DNA of 64,000 bases, from positions 1-64,000 of the IMG/VR virus record IMGVR_UViG_3300045988_165550; one strand, given 5' to 3'. Made by a program: the position numbers and the translations under genes. The stretch is from a virus. Position 1 is the stretch's first letter; every line of letters begins with the position of its first letter. Of this stretch, positions 34,389 to 44,080 are shown one piece after another. The notes beneath the pieces are model-generated. The model ran no database searches, was not told where the DNA came from, and saw nothing but the letters and a program-made list of their open reading frames with translations.

Positions 34389-35087
34389 ATGGATCAAGGT
34401 ATCATCAATCCGAAGAATTTGTTTCTTTCAAGGGTAGAAAGAAAGGACAATATCGTTCTGATGCCTACTCCTGTTGGCAGACCCGAAGAGTTCGGCTGCA
34501 TAAAATTCAACAACGTCACAGAACGTTTATCGAAGCCCCGGGTAGTAGACCACGCAGAAACGGATGTTGAATTTGTCTTCCGAAACAAGATGGGTAGCGT
34601 TTATGCCGCGGTTTATCACAACGAAAAGGGCGAGGTAATCACAGATATGCTGACTAAGGCGAAAAGCTCTAAGTGGGAGTTTCACAATTTTAAAATCAGT
34701 TTTCTTCCTTGTTTTACGAATGCTTATATCTCGTCGATATATGGCTACAAGCAGATTTCTGAATTGCAGGTTGCGCAGGAATTATCTCGCTTCTTCGCAT
34801 TTGAAGGCGTTAAGTCAGTTATCGGAGATTATTCCATGTTGGCACTCCCCGGTGGCATAGCCGTAGCTCGATGCGTCTTCAAGGATGAGGAAATACTTTC
34901 TGCTGAGTTGTTCGATTTCGTAACATACGAGTCTCTTGATAGGGATGAAATCAAGGACATCTACTATCAGGAGTTCCATCAACACATTTCCGGAGAAGAA
35001 ATGAATATCTCTAATTTCCCCGAAGACTTTCTGAAGGAGATTCTTGCGGATAGTGTAGAGAAGATGCAGAAGAAATGTGATAAATAA
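34389..35087 (+). CDS. hypothetical protein
   Basis: 232-aa ORF. AGCGTATG start context. Confidence 0.6.
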   Translation: MDQGIINPKNLFLSRVERKDNIVLMPTPVGRPEEFGCIKFNNVTERLSKPRVVDHAETDVEFVFRNKMGSVYAAVYHNEKGEVITDMLTKAKSSKWEFHNFKISFLPCFTNAYISSIYGYKQISELQVAQELSRFFAFEGVKSVIGDYSMLALPGGIAVARCVFKDEEILSAELFDFVTYESLDRDEIKDIYYQEFHQHISGEEMNISNFPEDFLKEILADSVEKMQKKCDK

Positions 35088-35493
35088 AAGAATAGTCTTG
35101 AGAGAATGGAAAAGACAATGGCAAATAAAACAAAACGATATGGATAAAGCAGATTTCGATTATGATTTCTATCTCGTCACGCTCCGCACGGCTGATGCAG
35201 TAGGCATGACGGTAGTGAAGAAGGATGACTTGGCACGTGTCATGGCTATCATTCTCAACGAGGGAGGCAACGAGCAGTTTACCAACAGCTACAAGTTGAG
35301 GGTAGAAATGCAGTTTGCTCAAGAGAAGTATCATATCCGTGGTGGCGAAGCGCCCGACCCTAGATTTGTTCTCCTCTTGCGGCGCTATATCCGGGAGATA
35401 GAAATATATCAGGAGCAGCATAAAGGCGGTTATCCCGACTGGGCAGTAACCCTGATGAAGGATCGCTATGGCATCAAGCTCTATAATTGCTAA
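35077..35493 (+). CDS. hypothetical protein
   Basis: 138-aa ORF. Confidence 0.55.
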   Translation: MINKRIVLREWKRQWQIKQNDMDKADFDYDFYLVTLRTADAVGMTVVKKDDLARVMAIILNEGGNEQFTNSYKLRVEMQFAQEKYHIRGGEAPDPRFVLLLRRYIREIEIYQEQHKGGYPDWAVTLMKDRYGIKLYNC

Positions 35494-35498
35494 AGCTT

Positions 35499-35523
35499 CC
35501 GTTCCCAGCGATTCTATCGCTGG
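35499..35523 (+). repeat. Hairpin repeat CCGTTCCCAGCGATTCTATCGCTGG, copy 3 (intergenic)
   Basis: Stem CCAGCGA/TCGCTGG. Confidence 0.85.
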
Positions 35524-35554
35524 TCCAAAAGAAAACATCTAGAATAATAAGTAT

Positions 35555-36121
35555 ATGAAAATATTCAAGCTAAAAGAAGGTTCCAAGTCCTACGATTGGG
35601 TAAAGGACGTAATGTCAAAAGAACTCGAAGAAAAGAATGCGTATGGCAGACGAGTTCAAGAAGCGATGGGCATTCCTCTAGGTAATTGCATCTATCGCTC
35701 CGCCAATTTCTGCTATGCCAGAAAAGCGATTATCCATAAGTTCGAGTTTACCTCTGAAGAGTATGCTAAAATGGATAAAGATGTATGGAAGAAGCTTGGC
35801 GGCGGTGAATCTGTCGTATACGTAGTTCCTAGCCCGATAAGCGAGCAGGGCAAGCGTATCAGGGAAGCGATGCAATCATATAACCCCATAACCTGCCATG
35901 CTGAAATTCTTGAAAAGTTGGACTTGAAATCCATTGTTCGAGAAATCGACACTACCCCCGTCAGTCTTTTCACCCACGAGAATAAGTATTACTTCGTCCT
36001 CGCAGATGATAACATCGTTCTTGCCGATGATAACAACGGCGAGATAGAGTTGATAACCGAGGAGGATGCCAAGCGCCTCACCGGTTTCAAAGATGAGCGG
36101 GTAGATTATAGCAAGAAGTAG
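35555..36121 (+). CDS. hypothetical protein, paralogue of 37716-38237
   Basis: Shared pattern K-G-K-Y-..-K...E....Y..RV.EA.G ... VP....QG+......SY ... I..(K/E)L. Confidence 0.6.
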   Translation: MKIFKLKEGSKSYDWVKDVMSKELEEKNAYGRRVQEAMGIPLGNCIYRSANFCYARKAIIHKFEFTSEEYAKMDKDVWKKLGGGESVVYVVPSPISEQGKRIREAMQSYNPITCHAEILEKLDLKSIVREIDTTPVSLFTHENKYYFVLADDNIVLADDNNGEIELITEEDAKRLTGFKDERVDYSKK

Positions 36122-36149
36122 TAATATAGTTATGGCACTTGAGTAATGT

Positions 36150-36470
36150 TTGGATTTGCAACTTATACTCCTTGCGATATTTGTAATATTCCTTATCGTG
36201 CTGATGGAACAGATAGCAGAGTATATTTATTTTAAAAAGGATAGTAGTATGAAGATAAAGATTATTTCAGTTCGTCTTCCCAGATTCTTTAATGGGGAGA
36301 GACTCCCGAACTTTGCGGATGAGGTGAAATACTTCATCATGTATAAGAAACATTGGTGGCAGAGATACAGATACCTGAATGATCGTTTCACCCGTCCATT
36401 GAAGTTTGATAGCTTTGATGCAGCAAAAGAGTATCTGGAAAAGATAGGTATAGATTATAAGGGAAAATAA
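36150..36470 (+). CDS. hypothetical protein (start uncertain: TTG 36150, ATG 36204 or ATG 36249)
   Basis: With the TTG start the protein has an N-terminal TM helix LILLAIFVIFLIVL. Confidence 0.4.
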   Translation: MDLQLILLAIFVIFLIVLMEQIAEYIYFKKDSSMKIKIISVRLPRFFNGERLPNFADEVKYFIMYKKHWWQRYRYLNDRFTRPLKFDSFDAAKEYLEKIGIDYKGK

Positions 36471-36472
36471 CT

Positions 36473-36922
36473 ATGGCAAAGAAAGAAGATCCAATGAAAG
36501 AACCGGCAGAAGAATATGCAGGTTTAGGTAAGGAAGTCTTCATCTGTAAGAGAAAGAACTTCGGCAATCCTTCCCTGTGGCACAAAGTCTCTCTTGCTGA
36601 TGACAGCACAGTTTCTATCCCAAGCGATTCTGCCACAGGTAAGCAAACGAGTAAGAAAAAGCCCCGTAGTTTCACCGGCACTTTCATACTGGTAGATGAT
36701 AAAGAAGCACGATATGAAGCTCAGATGTTAGCAGTAACGGTATTGCCAGTATTCAGCAAGTCTATGCTATCCATCACCATGCCTCATGTGCCATTTGAGA
36801 TGCGGAACGATTTTACGAAATTATATCGCAACCCTAACAATTTCTTCTATAAGGAATTGGCCAATAGTTTATCTTATCCTATTCGTCTTGCCTATCGCGG
36901 TTTTATCACAGTTCAAAAGTAA
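36473..36922 (+). CDS. hypothetical protein
   Basis: 149-aa ORF. Confidence 0.55.
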   Translation: MAKKEDPMKEPAEEYAGLGKEVFICKRKNFGNPSLWHKVSLADDSTVSIPSDSATGKQTSKKKPRSFTGTFILVDDKEARYEAQMLAVTVLPVFSKSMLSITMPHVPFEMRNDFTKLYRNPNNFFYKELANSLSYPIRLAYRGFITVQK

Positions 36923-36927
36923 GTAAT

Positions 36928-37362
36928 ATGGCAGAAAAGAAAGTGTTAACCATTCACCTAACCGATGAGTGGTATCAGAAGATAGCTAGCGGAGAGAAGA
37001 CAGAGGAATATCGGGAATGCTCCTTATACTGGACGGTACGTCTTTTAAGAAAGGATGTTCCGAATAGGCCAGACGTGATAGCTGGCGTAGCCAAATATCA
37101 TCGTGCTGCCGATAGAGGCCTTTTTGTGCAAGGCTATCTCACCGGAGGACTCAAACACACTTCGGATAGTCCGGAAGATAGAACTTACCGCAAGGAGGTA
37201 TTGGAGCCTTTCACTCACGTTCATTTTCTCCTTGGTTATCCGAAAGATAATCAACCGTATATCGAGAAGGAAATCGACGAGATAACGGTAGATAAACCAA
37301 AGAAGGGTATGTGCCCAGATAATTGGTTAAAAAAGAATATGTTCGTAATCAGATTCAAATAG
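36928..37362 (+). CDS. ASCH-domain-like protein
   Basis: N-terminus VLTIHLTDEWYQKIASGEKTEEYRE fits the ASCH pattern (..f..I.sGeKt.E.R). Confidence 0.45.
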   Translation: MAEKKVLTIHLTDEWYQKIASGEKTEEYRECSLYWTVRLLRKDVPNRPDVIAGVAKYHRAADRGLFVQGYLTGGLKHTSDSPEDRTYRKEVLEPFTHVHFLLGYPKDNQPYIEKEIDEITVDKPKKGMCPDNWLKKNMFVIRFK

Positions 37363-37370
37363 ATAAGCGT

Positions 37371-37508
37371 ATGAAAGAAAGTCTTAGAAATTATTATTAT
37401 CACCCGGAATTTACAATGATGGACAAGTCCTTTATGATGATTCCTACTCCGAAAGATTTCGGGCAGTATTTGCAGAATATAAAACGTAATAGGAGAAGAA
37501 AGAAATGA
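37371..37508 (+). CDS. hypothetical small basic protein
   Basis: Start set at the AGCGTATG context. 45 aa. Confidence 0.35.
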   Translation: MKESLRNYYYHPEFTMMDKSFMMIPTPKDFGQYLQNIKRNRRRKK

Positions 37509-37762
37509 CGTTAGAGTTATCAATGGAGGAAAAGATAATCGTAACCGTTCTTTGGGTGTTCACGATATTCTTCCTGGTGTTGTTTTCTGGAATATTTGAA
37601 GGTGGGCATGAGCCTATAAAGCCGCCGGATATCCCGCCACCGCCGCCTCCATCTCGCCCTCATCCTCTGCTATTCCGCCGCAGATTAAGATTAAGAACTA
37701 AAAAACGAAGAAGATATGTTGTACGAAGCAAAACAAGGAACAAAGACTTACGAATACATTAA
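37505..37762 (+). CDS. hypothetical small membrane protein with a Pro-rich and Arg-rich tail
   Basis: TM segment IIVTVLWVFTIFFLVLFSGIF, then PPDIPPPPPPSRP. Confidence 0.4.
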   Translation: MTLELSMEEKIIVTVLWVFTIFFLVLFSGIFEGGHEPIKPPDIPPPPPPSRPHPLLFRRRLRLRTKKRRRYVVRSKTRNKDLRIH

Positions 37763-38237
37763 GGGTATTCTTGATGCGGAGAAAAAGGAGCATCAGGTTT
37801 ATATGGAGAGAGTAAAAGAAGCTGTGGGTTTCGAGTTCGATGATTACCTATGTTGTCTAGCTAACGACAGCAATGATCGAAAAATCGAAATATCCTATAT
37901 CTGGGTGCCTTTTAAACAATGCGAAACACTAGATAACAAGGCATGGCGAGTAATAGATTGGGATAAACGAGAGGACGGCCGATATGTAGCTATAGTGCCC
38001 AATAAGCGCTATAAGCAAGGAAGGCTGTTAGCTAGCGTACTCGACTCCTATAAATCTCTCATCGGAAAAGATGAGATAATAAAGGAATTGGGAATAGATG
38101 TATCTCATGTTAGTCCTTTTGGTAATAAAATTATGCTCTTTCGTCGTAAGGACTGCATTTTCGTTTCTTTTGATGATCGTGCCCGAGTCGAAGAGTGTAA
38201 TCTTGATTTCAAGAAAGTCGAGATAGAAGGATATTAG
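37716..38237 (+). CDS. hypothetical protein, paralogue of 35555-36121
   Basis: See the entry for 35555-36121. Confidence 0.6.
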   Translation: MLYEAKQGTKTYEYIKGILDAEKKEHQVYMERVKEAVGFEFDDYLCCLANDSNDRKIEISYIWVPFKQCETLDNKAWRVIDWDKREDGRYVAIVPNKRYKQGRLLASVLDSYKSLIGKDEIIKELGIDVSHVSPFGNKIMLFRRKDCIFVSFDDRARVEECNLDFKKVEIEGY

Positions 38238-38270
38238 GATTTTATTAATAGTGATAAAAGAAAATAGCGT

Positions 38271-38855
38271 ATGTTCATAGTAACAAACCCTCTCTTGGTA
38301 TTTCTGTTCGTGTTCTTAGTAATGATTATATTTGTAATCTGTGATAAGATAAAAGAAGAAAGATCTTACAGATTAAGTCATAGGCTTTGGGCAGGAGAGG
38401 AGAAATGCCAATGGGACATAGAATCTCAGTTCATTACTGGAGACTTGGTATCAATAGACTGCCATCGTATATATGAAGTTTTGGGGCGTATTTCTGAAAC
38501 GGAATATCTAGTCACCTATAATCGGCTTCTTAAAAAAGGGCATATTGTCGTGCATGTATCTAACATAAATGGTCTTAGAATTACTCCTGACAAATTGATG
38601 CAAGCAGGTTTTTCTTGTCCAGATTTTGTTGATCCGAAAGAAATGCGTTATGATGTGCCTTATAAAAAGGTATTCAAAAAGGATGGAACTGAAGTTATAA
38701 TAACTCGTAGTCCCAAGAGCACTATGCTAAGAAATTATTGGAATGTTCATTTAGAACATTATGATTTTGTTACTCCGTCCAAAAAAGATATTGTTTACAT
38801 CCACGAGTTGCAGCATTTTCTTTTTGGCCTAGGTCTTAATTATCGAGAAGAATAA
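38271..38855 (+). CDS. hypothetical membrane-anchored protein
   Basis: N-terminal TM segment. AAATAGCGTATG start context. Confidence 0.6.
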   Translation: MFIVTNPLLVFLFVFLVMIIFVICDKIKEERSYRLSHRLWAGEEKCQWDIESQFITGDLVSIDCHRIYEVLGRISETEYLVTYNRLLKKGHIVVHVSNINGLRITPDKLMQAGFSCPDFVDPKEMRYDVPYKKVFKKDGTEVIITRSPKSTMLRNYWNVHLEHYDFVTPSKKDIVYIHELQHFLFGLGLNYREE

Positions 38856-38929
38856 TTTTTAAAGCGTATGAAAGAAGAAGAGCGTGCAGCCTTGGCTGCG
38901 AGATTAAAATAATAAAAACATTAAAGATT

Positions 38930-39175
38930 ATGGCATGTAATTGTATTAGCAGAGTTGAAAAACTTATCAAGGAGAAGACCAACGAGAGTGGTTGCCTTGA
39001 TACAGGTATCGGTGTTCCATCGGGCATTGCGATGGTAAACATTTATGGTTTGTTCCATAAACAGAAGAAGGATGGTTCCTTCTGCGAAAAGTGGAACAAG
39101 GTCAATATCCTCCCCGAGTATTGTCCTTTCTGCGGGAAGAAATATGTGGAGGATAAAAAGGAAGATGTTCAATAG
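38930..39175 (+). CDS. small Cys-containing (zinc-ribbon-like) protein
   Basis: MACNCISR... and ...EYCPFCGKKY give a CxC / CxxC pair. Confidence 0.5.
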   Translation: MACNCISRVEKLIKEKTNESGCLDTGIGVPSGIAMVNIYGLFHKQKKDGSFCEKWNKVNILPEYCPFCGKKYVEDKKEDVQ

Positions 39176-39195
39176 AAAAAAACGAGAAATAGCGT

Positions 39196-39813
39196 ATGAA
39201 AAAATATTATGAAGATGAAAAAAATGCGGATCATTCCGTTATTCATCTGATGTTAAATACAAATTGTGATAATCATTGCATGTTGTGTTGTAATGACCAA
39301 TACGTTTTAAGTTCTGTTCCGGTTGTAACGGTAGAGGAACTTAACAACGCTAAAACGGTGTTGCTGACAGGTGGTGAACCTTTCAAGATTCCGTACTTTG
39401 CTGATTTCGTGCAAAATCTGCGAGGTCAATATAAAAACATAGAAAACCTTTATGTTTATACTTCTGGATATTCTATGTACCACAACTTAGAGCAGTGGAA
39501 CAAAAATGAGGTTTATACTGATATTGATGGCGTAAACATCTCACCTAAAGGAACCAATCGTGAGCGTTGGGCTATACAAGGTATGTTAGGGAAGAATGCG
39601 TTGGATATTTTCTTTCAGATATTTGCTTCCATGAAAAGCTGCAGGCTTATCTTAATGGACCGCAAGGAGAAAAATGACGAGCTTCTTTCTACTCTGAATC
39701 TTCAGCAATTCCGAGACCTTGGTGTCCGTTTCGATGTAGAGTATCGTGATTGGCAGAACAAATTTCAGCCTAATGGCGGGGTGTGGAGAAGATTACCTAT
39801 ATTGTTAAATTAA
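39196..39813 (+). CDS. small radical-SAM protein
   Basis: CDNHCMLC is a CxxxCxxC cluster motif. VLLTGGEPF is a GGE SAM-binding motif. Confidence 0.7.
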   Translation: MKKYYEDEKNADHSVIHLMLNTNCDNHCMLCCNDQYVLSSVPVVTVEELNNAKTVLLTGGEPFKIPYFADFVQNLRGQYKNIENLYVYTSGYSMYHNLEQWNKNEVYTDIDGVNISPKGTNRERWAIQGMLGKNALDIFFQIFASMKSCRLILMDRKEKNDELLSTLNLQQFRDLGVRFDVEYRDWQNKFQPNGGVWRRLPILLN

Positions 39814-39825
39814 ATAAGCAAGCGT

Positions 39826-40401
39826 ATGACACAAGAAGAATATATATCCTTGACTGCAAGTCAGAACGTTCTGAAGGAGATTCAGAAAGAATATCCTGGC
39901 AAGACGATAGATAATATTATTCAGCAGATAGGAGAAAGATTAAAGCATAGCGGACATACGTGCTGCTCTTATCCTACCACCTACAAAAATTGCTATAGAT
40001 TTGAATGCTGGATTCACGATAGAAGTGAACTACCCGATGGTAGCGGCAGAAGAATTACTCTCGAAATCAAAAACAGAAGCAACACTGCACGCACTTTAAT
40101 GGTATTTGACCAGACTTATGATCCTATAGCAAAGGAACCTGTATGCGGTTATATCCGTGGGTTTTCCGTTGATGAAGAGGTGCGGCAGAAAGGTATCGGT
40201 TCGGAAATGCTTAGACGGCTTGAAAATCAAGCAAGAGAAATAGGCGTTCATGTTCTGCTCATTGAAAATGAAATCAAGCCTACTTCGGGTTCATGGGCAG
40301 ATGAATGGCTTTCCGGCAAGGGCTATCATTCTGATGCACCTGGTGACACTCGTCTGTATCATTATCAAATGATGTACAAAAGATTAGTTGATAGTTATTA
40401 A
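39826..40401 (+). CDS. GNAT-family N-acetyltransferase
   Basis: VRQKGIGSEMLRRLENQAREIG matches GNAT motif A. Confidence 0.6.
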   Translation: MTQEEYISLTASQNVLKEIQKEYPGKTIDNIIQQIGERLKHSGHTCCSYPTTYKNCYRFECWIHDRSELPDGSGRRITLEIKNRSNTARTLMVFDQTYDPIAKEPVCGYIRGFSVDEEVRQKGIGSEMLRRLENQAREIGVHVLLIENEIKPTSGSWADEWLSGKGYHSDAPGDTRLYHYQMMYKRLVDSY

Positions 40402-40412
40402 AACGATTGCGT

Positions 40413-40871
40413 ATGAAGATAAAGATAGAACAGATAAAGGAGAAGATTGCAGGGTTTATCTTTGACCTTATCATAGAATCGGGCAGTAAGTCTAAATTCT
40501 TCCGTAAGTACACCAACCATCGTTTTCGTAAGCAGTACGAACGATTGACGGGTAATGCCGCTTGTAGGATGTATAAACGCAACAGCGATTTGGAAAGAGA
40601 GATTATCAAGCTGCGTGAAAAGATTAATACTTTGAAGTGTAGACTTCGTTCAGCTTATAATAAAATAAAAGTCGTAGCTACGGAGTACCCTAAAAACATT
40701 CCGTGTCCTCACGGAGAAAAGGATGAGATAAACCATGACCCTGTCAGAACAGATTCCGTTGAATGCTGGTGCTGCCCAGGTTTCGTAGACAGAGTACCCG
40801 AAGATGGTACCATCATCTGCTGGAATAAGAACTTTGAGCAGAGTGAGGATTTAGAGAATAAAGAAAAATAG
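40413..40871 (+). CDS. hypothetical Cys-containing protein
   Basis: Start moved from TTG 40407 to ATG 40413. Contains CPHG...ECWCCPGF. Confidence 0.55.
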   Translation: MKIKIEQIKEKIAGFIFDLIIESGSKSKFFRKYTNHRFRKQYERLTGNAACRMYKRNSDLEREIIKLREKINTLKCRLRSAYNKIKVVATEYPKNIPCPHGEKDEINHDPVRTDSVECWCCPGFVDRVPEDGTIICWNKNFEQSEDLENKEK

Positions 40872-40914
40872 CGAAGAGTAATAGTCAGTAACAAAGAAAT
40901 TAATAGAAAAAGAT

Positions 40915-41739
40915 ATGGCAAAGAATAACGATTATCTTGTAAAAGCAAAAGAGTACCTAGCCGCAATGAAGACTATGTACAACCTAGAGCAGTTGGCAGA
41001 TGGGGTTCGCCCTGATAAATACAAGTACATCTGTCAAAAGTATGGTATTGATGAGAACGAAGCCATGAATATGTACTCTGTTCTTCAGAAGATGAAGAAG
41101 GAATATTATATGGTGAACTATAAGAAATCGGCAGCTTTGGAGCGCGTCCTGGCTATTGCTGAGGAAGCCTATGTTACCTATAATCATGATCGTGTCGATT
41201 TTTACGTAGAACTACACTCCCCTGAAACAAGATACAAGTATATTCTTGTAAGTTTCCGCAAACCAGGCGAAAAGTTGGTTCAACAGGAGTTCAATATAAC
41301 AGACCCGAAAACCTTTCCGGCTGTCACCGACATGATGAATAGCGGTTTCGAGATTGTCGGTATGTCACGACAGGCAGACGAGATAGAAAGTACAAAGTAC
41401 GATGGAGTCGATGACGATAGAAGGATTTACATCCCTATTTATGATGGCGACGTGCTTCTCTGCTACTTAGAGAATCCTGACAGTATTTTCTCTCATCATA
41501 AAGAATGTGGTCTCTATCTCTGCCATGCTGGTGTTTATCATCGCCTCGTCTATACTCCTGGTAAAGGATACGTAAGACATCATAAGCCAGATGAGGATGA
41601 AGATTTCGAGTTGGATATTAGCGAAGAGTCTTTCAGTCAGTACGTCTTGACATTATCCAAGAAATTCCGTAAGTTAGGTAACATCCATTCCGGCATCGGT
41701 TTCCTCATGGAAGAAGATAACAAGGAAGAAGAGAAATAG
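40915..41739 (+). CDS. hypothetical protein
   Basis: 274-aa ORF. Confidence 0.6.
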   Translation: MAKNNDYLVKAKEYLAAMKTMYNLEQLADGVRPDKYKYICQKYGIDENEAMNMYSVLQKMKKEYYMVNYKKSAALERVLAIAEEAYVTYNHDRVDFYVELHSPETRYKYILVSFRKPGEKLVQQEFNITDPKTFPAVTDMMNSGFEIVGMSRQADEIESTKYDGVDDDRRIYIPIYDGDVLLCYLENPDSIFSHHKECGLYLCHAGVYHRLVYTPGKGYVRHHKPDEDEDFELDISEESFSQYVLTLSKKFRKLGNIHSGIGFLMEEDNKEEEK

Positions 41740-41742
41740 CGT

Positions 41743-42090
41743 ATGACAAAGCAAGAATTGTTATCTACCCCTGCCTTTCAAAATGCAAGGGATGATGCTT
41801 TTATCTATCTAGTTGCATGGATTGATGACGGCCCATGGATAAGACATATTTCAGCTCCTAAGAAGGAAGATCAAACCCAGGACTGCATTTGTTTTCGCTC
41901 ATTCGAACCAGCGATTAGTAAAATACGCCTGTTAACAAATCCTTCTTTTCGTCATTCTAGGGGAGATAAGGTTTTAACCTTTCAATACTTGTATGGTTGG
42001 CATAAAACAGGAAGATGTGATGTTGATATTGACTCAGACGGCGATATTATCATTAGAGAGAAATTAAAAGAAGAAGATTATGCAGAATAA
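41743..42090 (+). CDS. hypothetical protein
   Basis: 115-aa ORF. AAATAGCGTATG start context. Confidence 0.55.
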   Translation: MTKQELLSTPAFQNARDDAFIYLVAWIDDGPWIRHISAPKKEDQTQDCICFRSFEPAISKIRLLTNPSFRHSRGDKVLTFQYLYGWHKTGRCDVDIDSDGDIIIREKLKEEDYAE

Positions 42091-43066
42091 AGAAGGAACT
42101 CCCGTAAAAGGAGCATTGATTTACCAGCCGCAGGGTGCGGCTGGTGAATATGCTAAGTGGGCAATCAATCTATATCATGGTTGCTCTAACGGCTGCACAT
42201 ATTGTTATAACCGCAGAGGTGTGTTGAGTCACGTCTTCGGCGATAAGCCGGAACTGGCGGCACCTATCATTAAGCAGCGAGATAAGCAGCTCAATGAATA
42301 TCTGAAGAAAAACAATATGACTGCACATGATGCTATTAAGAAAGGTGTTGTGGACCATGAAAGTCTCGTTGCCACCCATGCTCTTATCTCGAAGGATTTA
42401 AAGAAGATAGGAATAGATAAACTACGTCAGGATGGCGGTATCTTCTTCTCTTTCACTTGCGACCCATTCGATATAGAGGCAGATATGCTTATCCTGCATG
42501 GGACGGTTTTACATTTACTATTCGACCGTATTCCGGTCACGATATTAACAAAAAACGTAAATTGGTCGCAGACTGATTTGTGGAAGTGTACACTTCGAGA
42601 CCTTACAACAGATTATAAGGATATAGCCCGCCACCTCACCATCGGTTTTACTATCACTGGCAAAGATAAGTTTGAGCCAGGTGCTCCTTCTACAGAGAAG
42701 CGTATCGAAGCCCTGCGTAAGCTGCACGATGAATACAAGATTAAGACCTTTGTGTCTTTAGAGCCAATAACGAGTATTCATACCGCATCGGAAGTAATCA
42801 AGAAAACATATCAGATTACGGACGAGATACGCTTTGGTGCCCAGTCGCCTATCAAGAAGGACAGATATGATCCGAACGAGTTTGTCGGTTTCGTTATCGC
42901 GATTAAAACCCTGGCACGCGGTCTTGATTGCCGTTTCATGGTAAAGGATAGTATGTATAAGCAGGCAGAAACTTTTGAAGGTGCTTATAGAAATTTGTGT
43001 GTCAGAAATCTCGATGAGATAAGAAAGATTTATGAATCAAAACAAAAAGAAAATTATGAAAAGTAA
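42080..43066 (+). CDS. radical-SAM protein (SplB / DNA-photolyase-like size class)
   Basis: LYHGCSNGCTYCYN is a CxxxCxxC motif near the N-terminus. 328 aa. Confidence 0.65.
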   Translation: MQNKEGTPVKGALIYQPQGAAGEYAKWAINLYHGCSNGCTYCYNRRGVLSHVFGDKPELAAPIIKQRDKQLNEYLKKNNMTAHDAIKKGVVDHESLVATHALISKDLKKIGIDKLRQDGGIFFSFTCDPFDIEADMLILHGTVLHLLFDRIPVTILTKNVNWSQTDLWKCTLRDLTTDYKDIARHLTIGFTITGKDKFEPGAPSTEKRIEALRKLHDEYKIKTFVSLEPITSIHTASEVIKKTYQITDEIRFGAQSPIKKDRYDPNEFVGFVIAIKTLARGLDCRFMVKDSMYKQAETFEGAYRNLCVRNLDEIRKIYESKQKENYEK

Positions 43067-43694
43067 ATTGAAGTATTACGCTCAGGTTATAGGCGTTAAC
43101 CTGTTGGCTATATTAGTACCCCTCCTCGCCGTTGTCCTTATCTATGGCTTCGGCAAGTTAAAGAATACCTATACCCATCCTTGCGTTCTATCGCAGGAGA
43201 TATACGATTGCTGCTTAGAGGCGACTATCGTGGTATTGGCTGGTTTCTCCGTAGGTCTCCTGCTCGTTGGCTGGGCTGATAGCTGGCGAAAAACGAAGCT
43301 CAGAGTTCTAAAGGGCAAAAGAGAGCGTGAGGAATTAGAATTGCGTGTCAAGTTAGAGGTAGAGCCTATTGAGGAGAGAACGGAGCAGAAGAATACGCTT
43401 GCGCTTGGCGATTCCGAGTTTGAGGATATTTCCGGATTGACGGTTAAAGAGATTTGGGAACTCTATAAAGGGCGTGAGATAGATCTTTTAGGTGGTAATT
43501 TTTTTATTGCTGGTTACGACGAAGAGCCTAGCTTTGTTGTTGTCGGTACTAAGTTAGTTCAACCTAGCATAAGTTACGACGAGATGGTAGAAAGAATGGC
43601 TAGTAAAAATCCCGATAAGTGGCATGTAGAAAAAGGTTATGCAGATTACGGAACGCTTTCCACCAAATACATCCACATCTATAAAAAGAAATAA
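43056..43694 (+). CDS. hypothetical membrane protein
   Basis: Two N-terminal TM segments. Start is either ATG 43032 or ATG 43056. Confidence 0.5.
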   Translation: MKSKLKYYAQVIGVNLLAILVPLLAVVLIYGFGKLKNTYTHPCVLSQEIYDCCLEATIVVLAGFSVGLLLVGWADSWRKTKLRVLKGKREREELELRVKLEVEPIEERTEQKNTLALGDSEFEDISGLTVKEIWELYKGREIDLLGGNFFIAGYDEEPSFVVVGTKLVQPSISYDEMVERMASKNPDKWHVEKGYADYGTLSTKYIHIYKKK

Positions 43695-43712
43695 TAACTA
43701 AGCATAGAAGCT

Positions 43713-44045
43713 TTGGCAGCACCCAAAAGTAATTACAAAACGTTTTACGCCAATCTTTATTATACAAACCCATCGGCATGCGAAGGTAAAACATACTTTA
43801 TGCGTCCTATCCCAGAACACATGAAGCAGTTTCTCTCCGTTGTTGATGCGGATGCAGCTATAGCGCAAGTTCTAGTTTTTGCGAAGGCTCATCCCGATTT
43901 TTGTATGAAAAGGTTATGCGTGGTAACGTCTTTCTATACCAAGAAGGACAATTACAATTACCGTACAGATTACCAGTGGTACAGATGGAATAAAACTTCG
44001 CATAAATTTGAACGAGATGAATACCAGAAAAATGTGCATTGGTAA
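43713..44045 (+). CDS. hypothetical protein (start uncertain: TTG 43713 or ATG 43800)
   Basis: ORF from the track. Confidence 0.4.
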   Translation: MAAPKSNYKTFYANLYYTNPSACEGKTYFMRPIPEHMKQFLSVVDADAAIAQVLVFAKAHPDFCMKRLCVVTSFYTKKDNYNYRTDYQWYRWNKTSHKFERDEYQKNVHW

Positions 44046-44080
44046 TAAAGATATATTGAAAAGAATAATGAAGAATAGTT

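Noticed and set aside
35491-35541. Frameshift extension of gene 35077-35493 into ...AKASVPSDSIAGPKENI, which shares VPSDSIAG with CDS 33295-34380.
   Set aside because: There is no slippery site at the junction. The same nucleotide motif occurs in clearly non-coding contexts (24445 and 63873, where the frame is closed by a TGA). The similarity is therefore at the DNA level.
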